A stretch of DNA of 64,000 bases from Carcharhinus longimanus (taxonomy: Eukaryota): positions 106,429,782 through 106,493,781 of the forward strand of contig JASCQW010000072.1 in the NCBI GenBank assembly GCA_030264375.1. The letters are read 5' to 3'. A model generated the notes under the pieces. It was not told the DNA's origin. It did not search any database and saw nothing but the letters and a program-made list of their open reading frames with translations. Position numbers and translations under genes: made by a program. Of the stretch, positions 25,901-37,900 are shown one piece after another. Each line of letters starts with the position of its first letter. The first letter of the stretch is position 1.

Positions 25901-28900
25901 TGACCTTTGGTGTCTGTGAAGAGGGGCAGCTACTGAGGGTTCCCCAGGTGTGTTTGCCCATGATTCAATTTTGAGTTGATGAATTACAGTTGCAGTGTAC
26001 ACTTGGTCATGTCCTGTCGGGTCTGGTTTCTGTATATGTGTAGGTATTTTGCCTAAGTTTGGCTTTTAATTTGTGTCATTGTGCTATAGTTATATGTGAC
26101 TACGTCAAAGCCAATTATGACAAGACTTGCTGGTGGAAAATACCCTAAATAATGAAGAGGTTCAGACCCCACCTCCGTTGCACTTTCCCCGTAACAGTTA
26201 TGCCCTTTGGGCAGTGCCAGGGTGCCTGGTCAGCACTGCCAGGCCATGCCTTCAGTGTCATGTCTAAAACTTCAAATACGTTTATAAAAAAACTCCTATT
26301 TAAAATGTTCAGAATAGATAAAAGCATACTGTGTTTCACAAATAGAAAATATGACAATTGATATATATTTTTCAGCTCCTTCCCTATTTATAAATTACAG
26401 TCACCAAGGTCTAGTGTACTTTATGTAGATCAACCTTGATCTGACTGAATGATGGAATAGGCTCATGAGCTTGAATGGCTTACTCCTGTTCCCATATTCT
26501 TCGATTTTACCTTGGCAGTTGTAAACACCAGTATAATTAAATTTTAAAAACAGTCTTGTGGAAGTAAACAATTTATCAAGTATTATATTTTTCATCCCAA
26601 GATTCCTTTAAAGAACCTTATAAAGAAAAAAAGCGGTGAAGTTGTATTTTAGAATATTTTTGCCCTAAAGAATGTCGAGCATAAAACAGACACCATCTTT
26701 ATTTTATCTATAATACAAGTTTGAAGTCTCAATCAGTGAATTTTCAATTTATGTTCGAATTTTGTTTTTGAAGAAGAAATATAGTTTGGGATTCTCTGAT
26801 CTTGTTCGCCCTGCCACTTCTACCAGCAAGAACAGAGAATTTGGTGTTCAGTCAAAATTCCATTCACTGCAGCAGGACCAGAGAATCCTGACTGCAGGGG
26901 AGATCAGAATATTCCAGCCCACAGAAAGTAAAGTTTGAAGTTTATTTATTAGTCACAAGTAAGGCTTACATTAACACTGCAATGAAGTTACTGTGAAATT
27001 CCCCTAATTGCCACAGTCTGGCGCCTGTTCGGGGCAATGCACCTAACCAGCATATCTTTCAGACTGTGGAAGGTAACCGGAGCACCTGGGGAAAACACGT
27101 GCAGACACAGGGAGAACATGCACCCTCCACACAGACAGTTACCCAAGCCAGGAATCGAACCGGGGTCCCTGGTGCTGTGAGGCACAGTGCTAATCACTGT
27201 GATATCGTGCTGCCCCTTTAGACTTTAAGTCATGTCTTTACAAAGTCTTTTCGACTAAAATTTATTTTTTGTATTTTTGGGTAAATAAGTATTTTCTTTA
27301 TATTGTGTTAAATAGTAGTATTGATCCAATTTTGCACCATTATTGTACAGGACTGCATATCCCGTATATTTTCTTTCTCGTGTTGCCAAGGAATTGCGTT
27401 CTATACAAGAGTCTGCAGTGACTATTGGACACAGCAGGTGGCACAAATGCAAAGAGGATAAATGTGTAAAGCAGTGGATATTTCCAATGCCAGGATTTCA
27501 CGTCACTGGGATATCAAATTATGATTTTCCATTTGTTTAGAAAATGAGAAAAGGCTCCAGTTAATTGCAGAAAGAATCAAGGTGCACAGTGAGAGTAGAT
27601 GTTGTTTTGAAAAAAAAGACATTGTTTTGTAAAACAAACCTTGTAATCACCCAGTTGCTAACATTGTTTGAGGCCATGATTATTTGTAGGTCATAGTCTA
27701 ATGATACAGCACAGAAGGAGGCCATTCTGCCGAATATATCTGTATCAGCTTTTTGTGAGAGCTATCCAATTAGTCTCTCACCCTACTCTTTCCCCAAACA
27801 CATGCATGTTTACCCTTTGTTTGTTGTATTAAGCTGAGTTTGTATTTCATTTAATGAGGTGGTGTTCATGCTTTCGCCTTCCTACATCAGACTGGATTCA
27901 TTACTGGATTCACAAAGCTTGTCCTCTGATAAAACTTGTTGAATAATTTCCCTTCTTCTGACTGGGATTAGAGATGAAAGTGGGAGGCCTTTGTTTTGAG
28001 AGAAGGAAGCACTAACAGTCCACTAAATTTAAAGGTAGCTTTGGAAAACACTAACCAGTGATCCGTGTTACTGTTCAATCCTGTGCCTGTTGTGGGATTA
28101 GGTGAATGTATGCAGACTGTTGGCATGTTTGCGGGGAGTAGCTAGACTGTACAAGGAAAGAAGAATAATAAGGCAATAAGAGGCTGAAATTGTCTGATGT
28201 TTCATAGCCAGGCCATTTGCTTTAAAGGTTTCTGTTACATCTTGTGGGATACATCGAGTAGGTGATTAACCTCTGTAGTTAGTGACTCAGCCACTTAATA
28301 GTAGCATAAGAACATAAGAAATAGAAGCAGGAGTATGCCATTCGACCCCTCACGCCTGTTCTGCCATGTAATAAGATCATAGCTGATCTGATTGTGGCCT
28401 TAACTCCACTTTCTTAATTGCCCCTATGTTGCCTTGATTGCCTTGTAAATCAAAAATTAGCCTGAATTCGCCTTGAATATCTTCAGTGATCCAGACTCCA
28501 TTGCTCCCTGAGTTAGAGAATTCCAGAGATTAATGACCTGGTCAGAGAAGAAATTCTCCATCTCTGACTTAAGTGGGAGACCCTTACTTTGAAGCTGTGT
28601 CCTCTAATTCTTGTTTTCCTGGTGAAAGAAAATATTCAGCACCTCCCTGTCAAGACCCCTCAAGATCCTTTATGTCTCAATAAGATCACCTCTCATTCCT
28701 CTAAAATCCAATAGTTACAAATGCAGATTCTAAATATTCCCACTGCCCATGCTTGGAAGCAAATTACCCATACCTGAATCGCTATCAGATAGATCCTAGG
28801 TCTAAGAGATATGGCAAAATGAATAGTTATGATACTATGCTCATGACCTTCATGAGTGCCAAAGAAATTGAGAAAAAAGAGATAAAAAGTGGTTAAGCAG

Positions 28901-31900
28901 CTGACCTAAGTAGTGGTCTGGCCTTGCTATTCTATCAGTGAAACTTTGATTTTTGTTTGCAGCTAAAAGCGAAATAGCTAGCTGTGAACTAGTCAACTTT
29001 TTGTAGTAACAAATTTCTGGTCTGGTGAAATGATCATCTTGGACAGACAGTGTTGCTTAGAAGGCATTCATCCTTCCACAAGAACAAACACGCAGTCGTG
29101 CAATTGTGCTGGAATTCTTCATCCTTACAGGGAAGGAAGTTATGTTGACCTTCCTTATTGGAAGATGAATCCCTGTGCTTTGCCAGACTTTGTCAATACC
29201 ATCCTAATATTTCATGCATCTTAAATATAATAAGCTTCCATTAAATTCCAGTGTCTTTTCATGCTTTCACCTTTTACAAGGTGAAGATGACCTGTGTCCC
29301 TGTATGTGAACTCCTCAGACCTGTATCCTGTACGTGAACTCCTCAGACAGTCAAGGAAGCATCTGTTTGTGGTGGTTTGAACACAGCAACAGAACGGATG
29401 GTTTTGCAGTTGGGAGCTTCCAACAGGAAGCAATACTTGCTCCTGGTGCATTTTAGAAAATTAGTCAATGAATGAACAAACAATCAGCAAGGTGCCTGAG
29501 AGGTGCACTGCTGATGAATGCTAGAATCCCAGGTTCAGCCCTCAAATGCATTGTTTAGTGGAGCAAAGGATTGTTACTCCTCCCTCCAGAAAACCTGTTA
29601 CACTCGAGGAATGTCGAGGAACACAGAAGAACAAGAGTGCCTCTAAATATCCACCATGACACAAACCATATATGAGAAGTCATAGATACCACTTTATAAA
29701 AATTGAAGATGTGACTGTCTATATGTTGTTATTGTGTCTGTGTTTTAGCTTTTAAAATGTGCAATTATATATTTTGCAGTGTTGAAAAATGATGCAGTAA
29801 ATTACACTAAGCTTTAATAATGAGATTGAGTAATTTCAAATGAGCTGATGCTATACAAATTAATGAACTTGGAGAATATTTGAATGATTCTTTTGTAATC
29901 TCACATTTTACCTTGGAGAAACAAAAACTAAAGTGGAAAACTAAATTCTGAAACTATTACTGTCCATTGAAGAAGGCATGAATGTTGCCTGCAAGTCCGC
30001 CAAAAACTTTTTTCCTGTTGCAGAATGAATGCGAACGCTTACAAAATCAACTGTCCCTTGTGCGAAGCCAGCAAAACCGAGATTCTGAACAACACCAGCA
30101 TCTGATTTCCAGTCTGAATGAGCAGTTGAAAGGGTAAGAACATCAGCCTCTGTATTTTAGGTTGATATGGACTGCAGGAGTTGTTAAGAGTTAAATTTCC
30201 AGAGGTTGAAATTTTTTTGACTTAGTTGTGTGTGTTAGCCATAGGCATCCAGCTCACCCTGTTAGGCGTCAATTCCAGTAGTTGGTTCAGGTATCAAGTT
30301 GCTGCAAGTAGGTCTCCTGTTTGAATAAAGACCATAGGAAAGGTCATTTTACTTTGCCCAATGATTGGTTTTTCACTCCTCATTGATTGGCCAAGTTTGG
30401 AACAAAGGCCTTTTAAAATGGGTGTGCTCATACAAAGGTGTTGCATATGCCGAACCAGTGGGTATTTGTTTTATCTGTTTCCTTTTTATTGCTAATTATC
30501 TTAAAACCATGTCCTCCGGTTACCAACCTACTTGTCAGTAGAAGGAGTTTCTCTTTCTCCACTAAAGTCCCATGTAATTTTGAACAATATCTCCTTTATC
30601 TTTTCTGCTGGCAGGGGAACAATCACAGCTTTTCATTGTCTTGGATATCTGTGTGGAATTTGCACATTCTCCCCGTGTCTGTTTGGATTTCCTCCAGGCA
30701 CTCCGGTTTTCTCTCACGGTCCAAAGATGTGTATGTTAAGTGGACTAGCCATGTTAAATGCGTGGGGTTATGATGATAGAGCAGGATGGTGGGGGAGGAT
30801 AAGAAGCCGTTTTGAAGAGTCGATGCAGTCTTGATGGACTGAATGGTTTCTTATTATTACTTTATATTGACAACATAGAATCAGTGACAAGAGAGACTTC
30901 CTGGAAAATTCACTCATGGAAAAGGAGAAAATGTTGGCAGAAGCCTCAGAAAAACTTCCAGAGATGGATAAGTTAAAGGAATCCCTGAAGGTCCAGGGAA
31001 TAATCAACCAAGATCTTACAGAAAAGCTCTTGCATACTGAGGAAAATGTAAGTATCCGAACATGGCCATATTCTGCTGTATGATTACAGAGCAAAGCCTG
31101 GTTTGAGGAATGGAAGCCTTTAGAAGCGTAAATATGTGTTTGACTTTCAGTTGGTGAACTGCTTATATTGTAAAAAGATCAGATCTTCTGTTTGATCCTG
31201 GAGTGGGCTTGGATTGTGCCTTCAATCCATTCTTCTTTTCTGTAATCAGTATCCTCTCTCACAAACTTAAATGCTCTGGAACATTCTTGAATGGGGGATG
31301 TGCTACATAACTGAAAGTTGCACTCCAGAATTACCTCCTCAAGTGTGATTTCTTTGATTGCCTTTATCCCTCTGTACTTTCATAGCCACATGATAGAATT
31401 GTATGTTTAATCAGTTAAGACTGTCTGTGCAAAAAATAATTTAAATGGTTTGCTTATTTGAACAAATTCCATATTCATTTTCCATTAAGTACTTTAATTG
31501 TAACCAGAATTTGTCTCACTCCTGAATCTGATACCCAGTTCAATTCGTTGATAAGTAAATTACTATAGGTTTCACTCCCCATACCTTGTACCGTTTGTTT
31601 TATTTTCAAGTTTGATTCTCCTTTAGTCCCTTCTGTAGCAAGCTCTTTCTCACAAACAGTGGGGGCTTCCTTTTACTTTGTCTACAGCAGGAGAAATCCC
31701 AAAATCATTTTTTTTTGCACTTGAAGGTGAACAAAATTTCTTTTTAATAGTACTTATTGTTTTTACTTGCATACTATGCTAAAGGTGAAAGTATTTAGGA
31801 ATGAATTGTTCTCTCTCTACTAGCTCGGAAAAGCTACCGTGAAATGCACTGCTTATGAAGTAGAATGTGCTGACCTGAAAAACACAGTACTGGACCTCAC

Positions 31901-34900
31901 CGAGAAACTTTCTTCAAACAGGGAAAAGGCATGTCTTTTTCTAAAATATATTACCATCCAAATTGCTAATATTTAAAAGGTGGGGAAAACGCAGCAGGGT
32001 GAGGTGGAATGTGACACTAATTACATAGCTCTTCCAAAATTGTCAGCACAGTTAAGTTGGGCCAAATGACCACCTTCTTCTGTTTTGTAAGATTCAGCAT
32101 GTATTGATGTATCATGGTGGATGGCTATATAGTTTCCATTTAACTATGCAGTGTTTTTCTTCTGCGTATTCAGATAGCAATTGGTGACTATCAATATCTT
32201 TAACATGATCCAATTTGCACAACACATTACTACTGTTATGATTTTAGCCACTTTAATTTGTTTTAATAAAATCAAAAGAATTAGACAAGCTCAAAATATA
32301 TTTGTAGAAATTGTAGCTTTTCTTAAACCTTTAAAGAAAGATGAGGCTCCATCTTTAAAATTAATGAACATTCACGAAAGATTAGGTGAAAATCAGGACT
32401 CTTGAATGCGGTATGTTGTATTAAAACTCACTAAAAAAAATGTTTAATAGTGAAGTTACTTTAAATGACAATGGCAAACCCAGTTCTGCCAACCCTGTAC
32501 TACCTGAGGGCTTGTGTCAAAATCAGGAGAGTTGTCCCACAGACAAGATGAGCAACAACCTGAAAAAGTCATACTCACAGAATTATATCTTTAGATAATG
32601 TTCCAGACACCATCACCATCATCCATAGGTATTTCCTGTCCAATCTCCCACCAACAGGATGGACCTGCCTGAGGTGGTGGAGCCCTAAAGGGTATAACTG
32701 CTAGATTGGGTCTGCAGCAGGTGGTGAGTGAACTATCAAGAAAGCTGTAAGGGGATTTTCCTGGGGACTTCTCTCTGGTGCCATGTATTGAGCAGAACTC
32801 AGCTAATACAAAGACTCACAAAAGACAGTATACAGTTAAAGATGTTCTTTATTGACCAACTGGGAGAGAGAGAGCTGGAAATTTCCAACTTCTCTCTGAC
32901 ATTACAGTACACATGTAAAACAGATCTACTTTTTCAAAGGTTTGTTTCTGCTGCCCAAACGGTCATCCAAACTGGATGATCTAATTACATTAATACACAT
33001 TATTTACCTAGGCCAATAGCATTTTACCTTCTAGCAGAGTTGGGAACTCATTGGTCATAAGGACCTGGGAGTTCTTTCGCCCCCTCCTCATTGCGTAGCA
33101 ACCTTACGTGCTCAAGGATCGTTTTCGTCACCTGCAAAGCATTGGAACGGAGAGGGGGTCGTTTTCCTTTGTCTGTTAGCTACCCTTTATCAGTAGAAGC
33201 TGAATACTTCTGTTCTCTACAACCACAAGCTAAATGTCTCTATTCATTTTAAAACCTTGATAGCTTGCAGCTACGGAGTCTTCTACTGATAACAGAGAAT
33301 ATATTCTGTACCTTATTGTTTCCAAAGAATGCGGCCTGTCTAGTTCTGCTCATTTCCCATTATGCTTTGAGACAGGCTGCATCTTGGCCATAGCTTACAA
33401 GATATTTGAAACTACATTTTCAATTTACAATATTTATTCAGAATTCTCTACCTATATATGTTTATGCAGACAATACCTTTGCATGATATTTGAGACACTT
33501 TGTGATTCCTTGTGGAATATATAAGGCACAATATGATTCCTATTTTAAATTAGTCTACTTTTTTTAATAGTTTTCAAAATCCCAGGAGTTTCTGTGCGCC
33601 CTAGGTAAGGGTAAGGGCACAATATGTGTGTCCTCACCTATCTACCTGTTGCAGATGCATCTATCCATGAAAGTATTGGTGGGAGTGACCACCGCACAGT
33701 CCTGGAGTGATGAAGTCCAGTCGTCAAGTTGAAGATACCCTCTGTCATGTTTTGTGACACCACCACCATGCTAAATGCGATAAATTTTGGATTATGTAAC
33801 TCAAAATTGGATGTTTATGAAGTGCTGTGGGTTTCCAATGGGGGTACCACAAGCATAGACATGGGTCAAGGGTGCAGGAGGAAAAACACATTGTTAAGAT
33901 GGTGGCACAGGCTCGTTGGGCCGAAGGGCCTGTTTCCCGTGCTGTGTTGGTCTTTGTTCTAACAGCAGCAACAGATTTGTATTCAACCACAATCTAAAAC
34001 CTCATAACCTGGCATATCCCCCAATCTACCATTACCACCAAACCAGGCAACAACCATTGTTTAAACAGACCAAAATATGTAATGTCAACCTTGTGATGTT
34101 AAAACCTGATTACGTGCACGCCAAAGAACTAAGCAGTGTGTGATAAGCAGAGTTAAGTGATCCCACAACAATTAAATCAGATCTAAGTTCTGCAGTCCTG
34201 CTGCATCCAGTTTTGAATGGTGGCGGACAATTAAATAGCTAACTAAAGGAGGGAACTCCACAGATATCCCCTTCCTCAATGATGGGGGAGCCCAGCACAT
34301 CAGTGCAAAAGACAACATTGAAGTATTTACAACCATCTTCAGCCATAGGAGACTAGTGGTTAATGTATCTCAGCATCACAGATGTCGGTCTTCACACAAT
34401 TTGATTCACTCCATGTGATATCAAGAAATAATTAAAGACATAGATGCCATAAAGGCTATGGACTATGACAGCATTCCAACAATAGTACTTGTGCTCCAGA
34501 ACTGGTGACATCCTAACCAAGCTGTTCCAGTACAACTACAACATTGCCATCTCCCCAACAATGCAGAAAATTACCCAGGTGTGTCTTGTCCACAAAGAGC
34601 CAGATAAATCCACCCCACCCCATTCCACACTACTTGATCATCAGCAACATGATGTAAGGTGTTGTTGACAGCGCTATCAAGTGGCATTTAATCAGCAATA
34701 ACTTGCACACTAACGCTCAGTTTAGCTTCTGCCAGGGCCATCCTGCTCCTGACCTCATTATGGCCTTAGTTCAAACAGGGATAAAAGCTGAACTCGAGAT
34801 TCAAGTGATGCTCTTAACATCAAGGCAGCATTTGACTGAGTATGGCATCACAAATCCCTAGCAAAAATGAGGAGGGGAAAGCTCTCTACTGGTTGTGGTT

Positions 34901-37900
34901 GTTGGCGGTTACTCATCTCAGTCCTGGGACATTGCTGCAGGAGTTCCTCACTGTGGTGTTCTAGGCCCAGCTATCTTCAGCTGTTTCATCAATGACCTTC
35001 TTTCCATCAGAAGTTCAGATGTGCACTGATGATAGCATAATGTTCTGCATCATTTGTGTTTCCCCAAATACTGAAGCAGTCCAAACTCATATGCAACAAA
35101 ACATTCAGACCTGGGCTGATAAGTGGCAAGTAACATTCATGCCAGGCAATGATCAGCTCCAACAAGACAGAATCTAAGCATCTCCCCATGATATTTAATG
35201 GCCTAACTGTCACTTAATCTCCCTCTATCAACATCTTGGATGATACCATTGACCAAAAACTGAGCTGGATCAGCCATATAAATACAGGAGCAGGTCAGAG
35301 GTTGTGAACTCTGCGACATATAACTCATCTCCTAACTCCACAAAACCTCTCCAGCATTTATAAGACTCAAGTTAGGAGTGTGAGACCCTTCACTTGCCTG
35401 GATAGGAGCAGTAAGAAGCTCATTACCATCCGTAGCAAAGCATCCTACTTGATTGACACCCCATCCACCACCACTGATGCGCAGTGGCAGCGGTGTGCAT
35501 CATTTACAAGATGCACTGCAGCAACTTGCCAAGACTCCTTTTACCTTGCAAGCACCTAGAAAGATAAGGGCAGCAGGTACGTAGGAACACCACCACCTGC
35601 AAGCTCCCCTCTAAGCTGTACACCATCCTAACTTGGAAATATTTCGCTGTTTTTTCACTGTCACTGGGCCAAAATCCTGTACCCCCCTCCTAACAGCAGC
35701 GTGGGTATACCTACACCATGTGAACTGTGGCAATCAAGGAGGCAGCTCACCACCACATTCTCGAGGGTAATTAGGGATGGGCAGTAAATTGGCTTTACTA
35801 GGAGAAATCCTGCAAAAGAATAAAAAATGAACACCAAGTGTGATGAATGTTTAGAACAAACTATTAAATGAGATATTAGTGTAGAACTATTTGAGATGTG
35901 TAAGAAGATATTAAATGTAGCACACGTGAGAATAGAGGTTAGAGCTATGAGGTTTGACAGGATAAATTAGTTTACCTCATTTTTGATATTCCTAGTTTTA
36001 ATTTTTGATTAGAGGGAGACCTTCCACTGATTTAGTTTGGCTTTCTTTTTTTTTTAAGTGTTTTGAGAATGTGTGATTTGTGCAAAATCAAATCTGATTT
36101 TTCCAATTCAGATTGTTGTGATAAGTACACACTACCAAACTGACTTGTGTTTGTACTGTCACATAAATATCTTCTTTTGTGATATTCAGGTGCAGAAACA
36201 GGACATCACAATGGAAGCTCTACGCCAGGAACTCGAGCAGACAAATGATGAACTCGAACGGCTTAATTTGAGCCACTTGGAAGAACGAGCCCGATTGATT
36301 GATGATTTGCAAAGTTGTGAAAGAGAGATTGACACGCTTAAGGAGGCAATTGTGGAGAAGGAGTACAGGCTGACTGTCCTCTCTAAGAGCGTGGAGGAAT
36401 ATTCAGAGCAGAATGAAGCATTGAAAATGCAGAATAGATCTAAGGAGCAGGAGACTGGAGAACTGCAAGAAGCCTTAGCAAAGGTTGAAATGGAGGTCAC
36501 ATTACTAAAGAAGACTCAATCTGTTGATGAACAGACCATGAACAACAGCATCTCTACACTTGTTGATCAACTTTCTAAAGTGGAGTCTGAGCTCAGTCAT
36601 GCTCGGGGTGAAATTGAAGCTAAGGGGGAAGAAATTGCAGCTCTATTGAAGCAGGTTGGAGAAAATAACAACATCATTCAAAGCCTACGTTCAGAATTGC
36701 AGGAGAATACATGGAACAGAGTTCATCTCGTGGAATGCCAAACTCAGATATCCTCGCTTGAAAATAAGGTTGCCGTAACCACCCAACAGCTTCAAGAAAC
36801 TCATGCTGCCAGCCAGCAAGAAATTGAAAAGCTCAAGGCTCAGTTGACTGAAATCAGCTCGGCAAAAGGAAGGCTTGATAGCTCACTCCGGGAGAAGGAA
36901 GAGAAAGAGCAATGTTTGGAGAATGAGTTGAAAACCTTGAAAAATCAGTGCAATAACCTGATAGCTGAGACTGTTGTTAAAGAGGGGGAGCTGTCAAAGT
37001 TAACCAAGCAATTTGCTGAACACAGAGAAGAAGCTGACAGGAGACTGCAGGAGAAGCTGGACATTGTTGCCTCTTTGGAGCAAAGGCTTCAGAGTATCGA
37101 ACAAACTAATTCTCAACTGGTGCAAGAAGTACAGTTGAAAGAAACTGAAAGGCAAGATTTAAAAAAGCAGGTGGATGAGGGGACCAGACTAGTTGCTGAC
37201 TTACAAATGCAAACGAAAATGGTCGACGAAGCAAATGCACAACTGCAGGCATTGGTGAAAGATCAAGTTCAGAGCCTTTCGGAGCAGTCCAAGCTTCTGT
37301 CTGAGTCAAATGAAAAAATTGCTAATACAATGGAAATCAAGTCCAATTTGGAGCGCCAGGTGAAAGAGCTGAGCATTGAAAGTGAAAATCTCAACAAGAT
37401 CCTAAAGGATAAAGGAGATGAGCTTTCAAAGAAAAATGATGTTGTGCAACAGTTAGAAAATGAAATGGTTTCCAAAGAAGAACAGATTTTACAGTACACC
37501 AGCACAATCTCTCAGCTTCAAAAAGAAAAAGAAGCATTCATCCCAAAGCTAGACCTTCTAAAAGCTTTGGAGCAGAAGGAAGTAACAGTGGGAAAGCAGT
37601 TACATGAAAAGATGAATGAGTGGAACTTTCTGAAAGATCAAATCCTGGAGCATCAAAGAACGACTGAGCAGATTCGAGGGCAACTGCAGTCTTTGACAAT
37701 GCAGCTTGAAGAACTTAGGCTTATAAACACTAAAAAGGAGGAAGTTTTGAGCAGTAAAAGTGCTGAATGCAGCTCACTCCAAAACCAGGTTTGTGAGGGG
37801 CAAGAGAGATTGTTGCTGCTACAAGATCAGGTTCAAGCATTCAATATTGAANNNNNNNNNNATATTGAACTTGGGGCCAAGGATGCGGCTTTGAAAGAAA

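Noticed and set aside
36073-36189. Start of the 3,514-aa ORF (MICAKSNL...) as a single-exon gene
   Set aside because: The first 39 codons are intron-like and end in cag at 36189; upstream and downstream exons join in phase
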